Shown one piece after another: positions 1 through 8,808 of a DNA stretch of 36,640 nucleotides. The stretch covers positions 1 through 36,640 of the IMG/VR virus record IMGVR_UViG_3300025015_000347. One strand, written 5' to 3'. The notes beneath the pieces are model-generated. The model saw nothing but the letters and a program-made list of their open reading frames with translations. It searched no databases and was not told where the DNA came from. The position numbers and the translations under genes were made by a program. The DNA is from a virus (lineage: Duplodnaviria > Caudoviricetes). Numbering within the stretch: the first letter of the stretch is position 1; every line of letters begins with the position of its first letter.

Positions 1-1625
1 CGTGCCCCATATAGTTGAGCCGCTAGCTTCCCTCCCATGGTTAAGGATCCCAACCCGGCGGCCTGTGCTCCGGCTCCTCCGGCTGCTCCCGTTGCTGCCT
101 TGGCTACTTCACGCATCTGGTTGGCGAGTTCGTCACCCCCTTTGCCGCGAAGGGTGGCCAATAGGTTCGCCTGTTGTTGTGTCCCCATCTTGCCAAGGGC
201 TTGCACCATCTCTTCAGGCCCCATTCCCTCCAATGCTGTCCCCCCCAAAGCCTCTTTGGCCCCTTTCACGCCCAAGAGATCTGTGGCCCTTGCTTGGGCA
301 GAACCTTTCATCAGCCCTTTCATCTTGCCGCCGGTCATCATCACTTTTTTGTACCGCTCTTGCATCCCCAGATCGGCAAACCCCCCGGTCAAACCCCCCA
401 TCATCTCAGCACCCTTCTTGACCCCCAACACTTTCCCGAGCTTGACCAGGAGTCCAGCCGCTTCTGACAATCGGACGTTATACATGGACATTCCAGAGGT
501 GGCCGTCTGAAGAAGTCCAAAGAAACGCTTGGTCGAGAACCCCGAGTCCATGGCCGCAACATGAATGGCCGACAAACTGTTGGCTACGTTATCCAGGTCG
601 CCCCCTAGATCTTCCATCCAAGATCCCATGTTTTCGGCCATTTCCTTGGCCCCAGTTCCGAAAATCTTGGAGTAGACCATGGCCTTCTCGGTCGCATCCT
701 GGTAACGGGTCATGGCCTCTTCGGCACTCCGGGTTCCACGAGCGATCTCCTTCATGGTCAATCCAGCTTCAGCATAACCTCCCAGGATTTCCAAATGGTC
801 TTTGGCTGTGGTTCCCCATTTTCGATTCAGACTCCAGGCGTCGGCAAAACTAGCGGTGACCGCTCGAACACTGAGGTCCACATCCCCATACTTGTCCGCA
901 AGATCCCCGACACCAACCCCCCCATCCAGGATGGCCTTGTTCAACTCCTTGACTGCTGCATCTGCATCAATGATAATCTTGGCAATTGCCGCGAACCCGG
1001 CTGCGATTGCCCCAATGGCCATCAAGGCGGGGCCGATTTTGGTCAGAACACCTCCAATGGCCCCCATAGCACCAGCCCCAGCACCTCCCTTTGCTTGCTG
1101 CTGAACAGCCGCCATTCCGAGGCCCTTGACCCCAGCCCCCAGCTTGGCAAACACCCCACTGAGGTTCCCCTCGAAAGCGGCGGCGGCGGTCTCTCCAATC
1201 TCTTCTCCGATCTTGGCTCCTCCAGCACCAAATGCCTCGGCTTTTTCCCCAAAGGCATGAGCCTTCTTGAGCATGGGACCGAGCTTTGCAATATGGGCCG
1301 CCTCTGTCTTGAATCGCTTTTCCTGTGCTTTATACTGTATTCCTGTACGTTTGAGATCGTTCCTGAGCTGTTGCTTTGCCTCGTCTGTTATACCCTTCCG
1401 CCGCATCTTGCCCTGGATCGCCAAGATCTCCGTTCCAAGTAGTTTCATCTCCGCCGAAGATTTGTATAGGGTCTTGGTGATCTTACGTTGCAGATCGGGA
1501 CCAAAGGCTTTGTCTATACCGGGTGCCAATGCTTTTGAGACCTGACTCTCAAGCTGCTTGAAGAAACGGGTCTCAAGTTTGACCCCCATCTCCAAAACCG
1601 TGGCATTCGTGTTCTTCCGAGCCAT
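1..1625 (-). CDS. Tape measure protein, N-terminal part (open at the left edge; absent from the ORF track)
   Basis: Manual translation from ATG at 1625 (MARKNTNATVLEMGVKLETRFF...) is open to base 1. Ala/Gly/Lys/Met-rich helical composition with a hydrophobic stretch (IGPALMAIGAIAAGFAAIAKIII). SD-like GGAG/AAGGA upstream. Lies after tube and chaperone genes. Confidence 0.8.
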   Translation of the reverse strand, partial: MARKNTNATVLEMGVKLETRFFKQLESQVSKALAPGIDKAFGPDLQRKITKTLYKSSAEMKLLGTEILAIQGKMRRKGITDEAKQQLRNDLKRTGIQYKAQEKRFKTEAAHIAKLGPMLKKAHAFGEKAEAFGAGGAKIGEEIGETAAAAFEGNLSGVFAKLGAGVKGLGMAAVQQQAKGGAGAGAMGAIGGVLTKIGPALMAIGAIAAGFAAIAKIIIDADAAVKELNKAILDGGVGVGDLADKYGDVDLSVRAVTASFADAWSLNRKWGTTAKDHLEILGGYAEAGLTMKEIARGTRSAEEAMTRYQDATEKAMVYSKIFGTGAKEMAENMGSWMEDLGGDLDNVANSLSAIHVAAMDSGFSTKRFFGLLQTATSGMSMYNVRLSEAAGLLVKLGKVLGVKKGAEMMGGLTGGFADLGMQERYKKVMMTGGKMKGLMKGSAQARATDLLGVKGAKEALGGTALEGMGPEEMVQALGKMGTQQQANLLATLRGKGGDELANQMREVAKAATGAAGGAGAQAAGLGSLTMGGKLAAQLYGA

Positions 1626-1628
1626 TGG

Positions 1629-2825
1629 TTATCCTTGCTCCGAAACAGGACCAGGATGGAATACCACCTGCCGGTCATCAACCTGTTCGGTCAAATCTCG
1701 ATTCTCAGCTACCACCAGCTTCCCGTCCTGCACCTGGAGATTCCCTGCATCAGGTGCCCTCTCTAGGAACTTCTCATAGATATGATCGCGGGGATGCTGT
1801 CCCCCTGCAACCCATCTCACACCCGCAGCACGTCCGGGATCACGGTCACGGAGCAGAGCCTGAAGCTGTTCGGGCGTATAGGCTATCATGGGGGTCAAGG
1901 TTTGCTGATCCCCCTGTTGTTCCTGACGTATCCGTTCCAGAACCCGTTGACGCTCCTCTTGCTCAACCTTTGACTGAGCATAGGCATTAGACACCCGTGT
2001 CTTGTATTCAGTCACCACCCGGTCGTGCCAATCCTCTTCACCAGTAACCCATTTTCGCATCTCCTCGGCCAAGTCATCTGGAGACTTCGGCCCCAGAACC
2101 TGTGCCTCCTGAGAGTTGGCTTTAGGCTTCCCGTCATCCAACAAGACACCCATCCGGGTGTAATAGAAACGGTCCATTATCGCATGGCGTCGTTCTTCCT
2201 CAGACCGATGCCTTTGTTGGTCCGCCGCATCTATCTTCTTGATTCCTTTGGGAGAAGAAGCCGACGTGACCAGCTTGAAACCTCCCCACATGGCCTCATC
2301 TTGTTGATGTAGATCCTCGGCAACATTGAAAGCCGTCCACATCTCCTGAACAGGAGTGACCCCTAGAGTTTTGGCCCCAGGCAGACCCGGAGGTCGCAAA
2401 CGCCCCCCACAGGCTTTCCATTTGTATCTAGCCACTGCCTCATAGCAATATGCCTCGGCCGCCCTGATGGCTTTCCCTTGCCGATTGAACAAACCCAAGA
2501 CAAGGGAGAACAATACGTCCTTGACAGGCCGGGGAAGCTCTCGAACTATTTGATAAACCCGAGGAACCGCGTGGGCCTCTCCCAACAAAACATAGCCGTC
2601 AAGGATCCAAATGGAGGTGGCGATAGCCCAATCTTTCCATTGAGCGTCCGTCCCAAGTCCAACCCTGGCTCGAAGTAGAAACAGATCACCAGAGGAAAGG
2701 GAACGGATAGAGAACTGTGTGCCCGCAATAGTGACCGGATGAGTGAGGAAGCCAGGTGAAATCAGGGACTCAGTGTCATCATAGAAATGCCCACGTTGTT
2801 CAGGTGTTGTGCGTGGGAGTGGCAT
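1629..2825 (-). CDS. Putative tail assembly chaperone (pre-tape-measure protein), 398 aa
   Basis: Long ORF between tube and tape measure. N-terminus (VTIAGTQFSIRSLS...VRELP) resembles that of the upstream ORF. Confidence 0.55.
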   Translation of the reverse strand: MPLPRTTPEQRGHFYDDTESLISPGFLTHPVTIAGTQFSIRSLSSGDLFLLRARVGLGTDAQWKDWAIATSIWILDGYVLLGEAHAVPRVYQIVRELPRPVKDVLFSLVLGLFNRQGKAIRAAEAYCYEAVARYKWKACGGRLRPPGLPGAKTLGVTPVQEMWTAFNVAEDLHQQDEAMWGGFKLVTSASSPKGIKKIDAADQQRHRSEEERRHAIMDRFYYTRMGVLLDDGKPKANSQEAQVLGPKSPDDLAEEMRKWVTGEEDWHDRVVTEYKTRVSNAYAQSKVEQEERQRVLERIRQEQQGDQQTLTPMIAYTPEQLQALLRDRDPGRAAGVRWVAGGQHPRDHIYEKFLERAPDAGNLQVQDGKLVVAENRDLTEQVDDRQVVFHPGPVSEQG

Positions 2826-2828
2826 CCA

Positions 2829-3989
2829 TTACCTGCTCGCAGGTCGGAATCGAGGATTCCTCCCCAGTCCCTCCCCTGTTCGGTTCAATGGGGCCGGTCG
2901 AGCATCCGGGTTGGGGGTTGGCACCGTAGCCAACTCCTGAACAGGCATCCGATAGGTTTCGACTCCCTGTTCATTCTTGCCCACTAAAGTTGCCTGTTCC
3001 GTTTCGGACTGCTGGGCCGCCGCAATAGCAGCTTGCTTGACCCCAGAAAGAGCCGGGTTGACAAACCCCTGGGGGGGTCGCCGAATTGTCTCATGAACCG
3101 CTGAAAGGGCTGATTCGGGTTCCGGGGTAGGTGAGGGCATACCCGCCCTTCTGGCTCGAATCCGTGCATTCTCCCGTGCGATGGCATCAGCCATCGCATC
3201 AGAATCCCCTGTGTCTACAAACGAATCCTCGATTTCATCCTCGACAGACTGAGCGGGAGGCGGTTGCGGAGTAGGTGCTGGTCCCGAAACCGGGGCGGCC
3301 CCCTGACCAGGGATGATGGACTGTCTCTTCTGTGGTTGTTGTGGAACTACAGGGGATGGAGGTGGTACAGAAGCCTCCTCTGTCGAGGGTTCCTCCAAAG
3401 CAGCCACCCTCTTGATTTGCTCGGTCAAGCCACCACTCGGGGGACTGGCTGTACGCTCCTTCTCACTCTTGAGGGCCAACAACCGAGTCTCAAGACGCTC
3501 GATCTCGGCATCCGTGTCAGTTGGCTCGAACACTATCGCTTTCTCGGCATCCTTCTCAACCCTCGACAGAAGCTCATGGTATTTCCGGTAGAGGCGTCCG
3601 ACGATCTGGGAACCACCAGGGAGTCGTGTCAGGAAATCCCGAACCACCTTGGGTTTGGGGATCTTGACCGAGGTGCCATTGCCCAGTTTCTCAGTGGTCT
3701 CCACGAACTTGACATCGTGCAGGTCGGTCAACCCAATCCGCACGATGGAATGGGCCAGAATTCCGATCTTGAAGCGTTCGAGGTATTCCAGGGCAACCGT
3801 CTGAGTTTTCTCCTCGGAATCCTCAACCAAAGTGACCGGCAAAGAGGCGTATTTCTGGACATCAATCTCTTCGTCGGTGTTCAACACCCGAAGAGTGATG
3901 GGAGTACCCCCCACATCAAAGGATGCTTCGCCACCGGAAAGGGCTGTCAGGGGGGCTAGAGCGGCTTCAAGGGCTTCCAAACTTATCAT
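2829..3989 (-). CDS. Putative tail assembly chaperone, 386 aa, with Pro-rich low-complexity C-terminal half
   Basis: SD GAGGG upstream. Chaperone-like N-terminus (FDVGGTPITLRVLNTDEE), coiled coil (EIERLETRLLALK). Directly downstream of the tail tube. Confidence 0.6.
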   Translation of the reverse strand: MISLEALEAALAPLTALSGGEASFDVGGTPITLRVLNTDEEIDVQKYASLPVTLVEDSEEKTQTVALEYLERFKIGILAHSIVRIGLTDLHDVKFVETTEKLGNGTSVKIPKPKVVRDFLTRLPGGSQIVGRLYRKYHELLSRVEKDAEKAIVFEPTDTDAEIERLETRLLALKSEKERTASPPSGGLTEQIKRVAALEEPSTEEASVPPPSPVVPQQPQKRQSIIPGQGAAPVSGPAPTPQPPPAQSVEDEIEDSFVDTGDSDAMADAIARENARIRARRAGMPSPTPEPESALSAVHETIRRPPQGFVNPALSGVKQAAIAAAQQSETEQATLVGKNEQGVETYRMPVQELATVPTPNPDARPAPLNRTGEGLGRNPRFRPASR

Positions 3990-4086
3990 GCACGTCCCTC
4001 TTTCATCTTCTCAGGGGCAGCAGACAGTTTAGGACAGCCCAACTAGAGTGATCCGGCCAGTTTGGCTACATCCGTCTTGCCAACCG

Positions 4087-4110
4087 GCCCCGTCCCCATG
4101 GGGACGGGGC
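4087..4110. repeat. Perfect 24-bp GC-rich palindrome GCCCCGTCCCCATGGGGACGGGGC in the tube-chaperone intergenic region
   Basis: Self reverse-complement checked base by base. No U-tract on either side. Confidence 0.9.
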
Positions 4111-4209
4111 AGGTGTTAGAACCAGGTCAGCACAACGAATCAGGGTCGGGCATCCGTTCATCTGTCTATCCACGGTCCCCATGACCGGGTTTATCTGCTA
4201 CCCAGGTTC

Positions 4210-4219
4210 ACTATACCGC
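4210..4219 (-). promoter_or_regulatory. Promoter-like motif GCGGTATAGT (CGGGTA-class), enclosed by a CCCAGG/CCTGGG hairpin
   Basis: Variant of a motif recurring upstream of about 7 genes in this window. Confidence 0.45.
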
Positions 4220-4225
4220 CTGGGA

Positions 4226-5080
4226 TTAGACTGCTACGTTGACGGCATTGGCCGCAAAGAGACTCTGACTACTGCCACCCCCAACTCCACGACCGGCCTG
4301 TGAGATCTTATAGCCCTGTTCAGCAAACCGAATAGATCCCAACTGGCCAATGGTCGGATCGTTACCCGTGGCAAGGAACTCACCATAGACACTTGCAAAA
4401 TCATGGACATCGCTCACGTCGATGTCTCCCGATTCCATGAGAAGACCCGCGTCTTTGGAGATGGTTGTAGACCAAGACTTGAACCAACATGCCTCGAAAA
4501 TCGTGATGATGGCCGAATGACCCCGGTTATCCCCAGGCATTCCGCCAGCATAGTTGCCCTTCCGATTGTCCTTCGTGACCTCGGGATAGCTGATTGCCTT
4601 GACTCCGCCATCAAACTGGCCACTGGTTCCCGAATAGCCTTGATTGGGCACTCCGAGATCCGCATCAGCCAGAGTCGAGAAAACCAGTTGCATCTCGGCA
4701 TCAAAAGGCCAACGATGATGGGCAAGACTACGAACCGGCCCGTCAATTCCACCAGCATAGCCCGCTGCCTGCCAGAGATTGCAAAGATAGAGGAGTGCCC
4801 GCTCCATGGTGACTGAAACCACATCAGAAATGGACGGGACAAGCTCGGCAATTTGATCACCAAAGCCGATCCCACGGATAGGCTCATTGGCCCGGCCCAT
4901 CGTGGGATTGAAACTACTGGCCACCCCCATCTGATGCAAAGCCTTCGTGTCCCCATAATGAGGGGTCAGAATCCGGACCTTCTGACTGACCGCCGTGCGG
5001 GTGTTGGGGGTTGTCCCAAAATCGTACATGTAGGACGTACCACCGACACCACTCTGGGGGTTTTTGTCGAGATTCGGCAT
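4226..5080 (-). CDS. Tail tube protein, 284 aa
   Basis: Beta-rich tube-like pattern (EPIRGIG...ELVP...VTMER; TIFEACWFKSWSTT...ESGDIDVSDV). Position between sheath and chaperones/tape measure. SD GAGAGG. Confidence 0.75.
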   Translation of the reverse strand: MPNLDKNPQSGVGGTSYMYDFGTTPNTRTAVSQKVRILTPHYGDTKALHQMGVASSFNPTMGRANEPIRGIGFGDQIAELVPSISDVVSVTMERALLYLCNLWQAAGYAGGIDGPVRSLAHHRWPFDAEMQLVFSTLADADLGVPNQGYSGTSGQFDGGVKAISYPEVTKDNRKGNYAGGMPGDNRGHSAIITIFEACWFKSWSTTISKDAGLLMESGDIDVSDVHDFASVYGEFLATGNDPTIGQLGSIRFAEQGYKISQAGRGVGGGSSQSLFAANAVNVAV

Positions 5081-5132
5081 TGTATACCTCTCTGTTGGCC
5101 GCCTGACGAGACTATCTCATCAAGCCCTGCAT

Positions 5133-5160
5133 CCTTCAAGGATTATAGACTGGATAGCGA
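5133..5160 (-). promoter_or_regulatory. Putative late promoter TCGCT-N5-GTCTATAATCCTTGAAGG upstream of the tail tube
   Basis: The 18-mer at 5133-5150 is identical to 26187-26204. Both are intergenic, on the coding strand, and contain TATAAT. Confidence 0.7.
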
Positions 5161-5175
5161 TGGGGTCGAAGAAGG

Positions 5176-7707
5176 CTATAGAGCGGCCCAAAGCTGCTCT
5201 CGGGCGACCTTGGGGGTAGTGGCAGAGGTAACCAATTGGTCATAAAGACAGGACCAATTCCCAGCAATCCCATAGGAAGCAGCCCGCAACCGAGGAGCCA
5301 ACCGCTGTATCAGAGCATGGTCCTTGGTGTTGGCAAAGCTCTCCAGGAAATCAGCCATCCGCCGCAAGTGGTTGGCATAGAGCCGAACAGCTCCGTTGAC
5401 CTCAATCCAGAGTACCGCCAGGGCGAAGACCGCCGTCTTGACCAGCCGGGTATCAACATCCGAACCGGGAAGCCCCCCGTCTGCCTGAAGGGTGCCCAGG
5501 ATGGAGAAAACGGCTTCGGTACTAGGAGCCACACCCAGGGTTCCAAAAGACACTTTTGCATGGACAGTCTGGATGTTCAGGTTACCTGTAAGAGATTCAT
5601 AGTCCACATCTGAATCGAAACCCATGCCCAGACTTTGTCCCGTGAGTCCTTTTGTCGTAGACTGACTGGACCTCCAAGGGCTACGGGTTGGCAAGGCACT
5701 GTACGACAGGTTGCAGGAATACTGGGTCGGGTCCGGGGCGAAATCCATTGAAGCACTCAGCCTTGGGACCGAACCACACGAACGCAGCACACCATTGTTC
5801 ATGCCCCAGAAATCTTGCCCCACCATCTCACCAGGCATTCCAACCGGAACCACCTGCTGCTGCATGGTTAGATCTGCCTGATCCCCAACCCGCTTGACCA
5901 CAGCACTCAGACTCATCACCCGACTGGCGATCCCATAGAGAGTGGATATCTCCTTGAGTTCCGTCTCAAACAGCTTGCGAGAGGCTTCCGATCCCTGAGA
6001 CATGTCCAGTGCCGAGTCCAGATCCGCCACCTTCCGACCTGCCCAAAGCAAGGCCATCAGACCATTTGCCGTAGGTTGAGGCACCAAACCTAGAGCCTCC
6101 ACGGTGCTTCCATCAGCTAGGGTAAACTCGATTCCGATAGGTATCGTCTCCCCCGTCTGACCATTATCCGTGATTAGGACAGGGCGTCCCTCCCATACAA
6201 CCGGGACATGGTGGTCCTGAATCTGTGCCTTCTTCCCCTTGCCAAACAGGACCGCAGCCCTCACGAGTTCCTGTCGAGGTTGCCGAACTGCATTGAACAG
6301 TTCCATTCCGGCGGCTATGACATCCTCATTGGCCCCAACCATACGTTGAAGCCCCCCGGTTCGCCGGGCCAGAGAAGCCAGAAAACGATCCTGACTGGCA
6401 TCGCCAATGCCCAAAACATGGACCCTGGGCTTGGAAACAGCCATAGACTCGATAGCGAAACCAGTTCCTGCAACTTCTCCATCTGTAAGCAGGAAGATGT
6501 CCCCTGACTGGTTATTGAGGAGCTGAACTGCTTGGGCCAATGCCCCCTCCAATTCAGTGCCCCCGTCTGCCTGGATCCGGTCGATGAACTGAAGGGCCGT
6601 GACCCGGTTGGCATCCGTGGCTTGAACCAAGGTTTCATGGAACAGAGTGGGTGTGTAATTGAAGGAAACCAGCCCGAACTCATCTGTCGGAGCCAGAGCC
6701 GAAAGGGCAGCTTTCAGGGCCACCTTCGCCCGTTCAATGCGAAGGTTCTGCATTGACAACGAACGGTCAAGAACGAAGACCACCTTGCGAGCAACACCAA
6801 CAGCCTTGGGAAACACGTTAGACGGTACGGAAACCGTCCAACAAGGGGCATCCTTTGGAGTCTTGGGATCGTCAGGGGTTGTGATCTTGGAAGTCAGAGC
6901 CTCGTCTGCGAACACCCCCGACACTGTTTCACGGGAACGGAGATCGATGACCAAATCACAGTTGGGCTTGCTACCGAGACCAGCCAGGGAGACCTCGGCA
7001 ACCCCATCATCCCGAATACGGGTGGTAATCTGATGAGACGGGGAACCCACAGTGTCAATCTTGCCCATGCCCTCCAACGTGAGGTTGAAACTGACCTGGT
7101 GCAGCCCGAGTCCGGAGGGGTCTGACTTCCACTCGGGAAGGATAAGATCCCCAAACAGAGAAGCCGGAAGTTCGATCTTGCCTCCCTCTGGGGTCGCCGT
7201 CATCTTGGCTTGAGGATGGTAATTCGGGGCCAGCGTGAATGGAAACCGGAACCGGAAATCAGAATCCCGAGTGTCCACGGCAGCCACAACTTCCAGGATA
7301 ATCTGGATCTCTTCACCGGGTCGGATCTGGCCAATGGTGAGGGTGACCATGCCGTCAGGGCAAACCTCGGCAAGCGAGGACAGGTGCCCCTTCTGAGTGT
7401 TCTCTTCGTATTCCTTGCGAGCTTCCTCACGGGGTTTCAAGGAGGACTCGACCTCGAACCCCTCACCCTTGATCTTGAAACGCCGGAGTGCCCCGTCCCG
7501 TGGAAGCATGAAGACATAGAGAGTCTCCAAGGGCTGGGTGGCATCCCCGGCGCACTGAAAGGCATGGGTCACCTGAAGCAAAGCTCCGGCAGGGGTTGCC
7601 TTTCCGGCCAGATGGAGCCGTTGCATGGCCAATTGCACAGCCTGATGAGTCTGGGCATTGACGATAGACCCGAACTGATGTTCCTGGACGAGATGGGCGA
7701 GACTCAT
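5176..7707 (-). CDS. VIT (vault/inter-alpha-trypsin) plus von Willebrand factor A domain protein, 843 aa
   Basis: VIT-like N-terminus (LETLYVFMLPRDGALRRF...REEARKEYEE...IGQIRPGEEI; FRFPFTLAPNY). vWA MIDAS motifs VFVLDRSLSM, GGTEL, LLTDGEV, VHVLGIG. Confidence 0.9.
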   Translation of the reverse strand: MSLAHLVQEHQFGSIVNAQTHQAVQLAMQRLHLAGKATPAGALLQVTHAFQCAGDATQPLETLYVFMLPRDGALRRFKIKGEGFEVESSLKPREEARKEYEENTQKGHLSSLAEVCPDGMVTLTIGQIRPGEEIQIILEVVAAVDTRDSDFRFRFPFTLAPNYHPQAKMTATPEGGKIELPASLFGDLILPEWKSDPSGLGLHQVSFNLTLEGMGKIDTVGSPSHQITTRIRDDGVAEVSLAGLGSKPNCDLVIDLRSRETVSGVFADEALTSKITTPDDPKTPKDAPCWTVSVPSNVFPKAVGVARKVVFVLDRSLSMQNLRIERAKVALKAALSALAPTDEFGLVSFNYTPTLFHETLVQATDANRVTALQFIDRIQADGGTELEGALAQAVQLLNNQSGDIFLLTDGEVAGTGFAIESMAVSKPRVHVLGIGDASQDRFLASLARRTGGLQRMVGANEDVIAAGMELFNAVRQPRQELVRAAVLFGKGKKAQIQDHHVPVVWEGRPVLITDNGQTGETIPIGIEFTLADGSTVEALGLVPQPTANGLMALLWAGRKVADLDSALDMSQGSEASRKLFETELKEISTLYGIASRVMSLSAVVKRVGDQADLTMQQQVVPVGMPGEMVGQDFWGMNNGVLRSCGSVPRLSASMDFAPDPTQYSCNLSYSALPTRSPWRSSQSTTKGLTGQSLGMGFDSDVDYESLTGNLNIQTVHAKVSFGTLGVAPSTEAVFSILGTLQADGGLPGSDVDTRLVKTAVFALAVLWIEVNGAVRLYANHLRRMADFLESFANTKDHALIQRLAPRLRAASYGIAGNWSCLYDQLVTSATTPKVAREQLWAAL

Positions 7708-8195
7708 TCTGTTTCTCCTGTTTCTGATGGTGTCGGGTCAAGGGAAAGTTTCTTGATGCTCTCAAGGTTACCCATGCCGACGGCTGGCACGTCGTTTTCG
7801 GATTGGCTCCCGGCAAGACTTTTTGTGACAGTCTGAAGGAAAGCCTTCAGGGCCAAGCCGATCTGGCGCTCTTGAACCACAGACCATGTGCGGGGCTGTA
7901 CCTCAACCCGTACCGCTGGATGCGGACTAAAGACCAACCAGGCTGCCCCCGACGTTTGAACATCAAAGGTGCGTCCTAGCAAGCGTGTCTTGAGGGCCCC
8001 CAAGGAAAAACCCTCAGACTGCAACCTCCGAATCTGCTGAAGCCTCTGACAATGCTCTTGGGTGTAGTGGGCATGTGGGCCTTGTTGGGTCGGACCCGGC
8101 AACAGCCCTTCGGCGATATACCATCGGATTGTTCGAGCACTGTAGCCTGTTTGTTGGGCCAACTCGATCAGGGTAAGCTCGGGAGCCACATCCAT
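7704..8195 (-). CDS. MerR-family HTH regulator, 163 aa
   Basis: LTLIELAQQTGYSARTIRWYIAEGLLPGP...HYTQEH..RLQQIRRLQSEGFSL. ATGA overlap with the VIT-vWA gene. Confidence 0.9.
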   Translation of the reverse strand: MDVAPELTLIELAQQTGYSARTIRWYIAEGLLPGPTQQGPHAHYTQEHCQRLQQIRRLQSEGFSLGALKTRLLGRTFDVQTSGAAWLVFSPHPAVRVEVQPRTWSVVQERQIGLALKAFLQTVTKSLAGSQSENDVPAVGMGNLESIKKLSLDPTPSETGETE

Positions 8196-8201
8196 AACCC
8201 C

Positions 8202-8230
8202 AGTATATTGCCAGTTCTCGCCACTGTCAA
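8202..8230 (-). promoter_or_regulatory. Near-consensus sigma70 promoter TTGACA-N17-TATACT with overlapping dyad operator; probably leaderless
   Basis: -35 at 8225-8230, -10 at 8202-8207, ATG only 6 nt downstream. Inverted repeat TTGACAGT-N7-ACTGGCAA (7/8 match) at 8208-8230. Confidence 0.85.
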
Positions 8231-8260
8231 GAAGAAAGATTGCTGGTCAAAAAGCGGGGA

Positions 8261-8270
8261 CGGGTAGAAT
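8261..8270 (+). promoter_or_regulatory. Promoter-like motif CGGGTAGAAT
   Basis: Recurring intergenic motif, 20 nt upstream of the ORF at 8290. Confidence 0.55.
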
Positions 8271-8289
8271 ATCTTGAAAGGGGAAGCCC

Positions 8290-8646
8290 ATGTTATTGGA
8301 CCCTGAGTTTGAAGCCATCAAGGCTCGTTGGTCCAGTGTGTCCATGTCCTCTCCAAGACGTGGAGCCGTTCCTGACGTGATCTACCTGATTCAGAAGGTT
8401 GAAACCCTTCTGACAGCAGCCCCCCTGAAGGTGGAAACCCTTCCCGTCTCTACCCCGGAGTTGCAGACGGCCATGATCGCAGCCTCAACCGTCATTCTCC
8501 CTGCGGTCATAACTGTTCGCTGTACCGAGTGCGGTCGGGAGTTCCAAGAAGTTGGCTGTTGTAGCGAGTGTACCACCCGTTTGAAACAGTTAGCCCCACC
8601 ATGGCCCCTACATGGACATCTCGGGGATCCTCCCCCAACGGCTTAG
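8290..8646 (+). CDS. Hypothetical protein with C-terminal Zn finger (CxxC...CxxC), 118 aa
   Basis: SD AAGGGG; CTECG...CSEC. Confidence 0.6.
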   Translation: MLLDPEFEAIKARWSSVSMSSPRRGAVPDVIYLIQKVETLLTAAPLKVETLPVSTPELQTAMIAASTVILPAVITVRCTECGREFQEVGCCSECTTRLKQLAPPWPLHGHLGDPPPTA

Positions 8647-8687
8647 CCCGACAACAGCCAGAGTAGTATGGGCAGGAGGTGCTGAAA

Positions 8688-8807
8688 ATGGACTCGGAAA
8701 AAACGTGCCCAGCAACCGATAGCAAGAATGAGCAGGTGGCCTACGTGGTTTGCCTCAACTGTACGTGGACCTACGAAGAGTGCCCCTACAACCCAAAGGA
8801 AAACTAA
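8688..8807 (+). CDS. Small 39-aa Cys-rich protein (not in the ORF track)
   Basis: MDSEKTCPATDSKNEQVAYVVCLNCTWTYEECPYNPKEN. Strong SD AGGAGGT. Stop lies 1 nt before the ligase ATG. Confidence 0.6.
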   Translation: MDSEKTCPATDSKNEQVAYVVCLNCTWTYEECPYNPKEN

Positions 8808-8808
8808 A

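Noticed and set aside
2-1990. Plus-strand ORFs at the left edge (2..421, 37..510, 795..1442 and others)
   Set aside because: Antisense shadows of the minus-strand tape-measure and chaperone genes; no SD or recognisable motifs.
4081-4120. GC-rich palindrome resembling an IS200/IS605 end or REP element
   Set aside because: No TnpA, TnpB or IscB gene nearby and no second copy; kept only as a palindrome within a leader.
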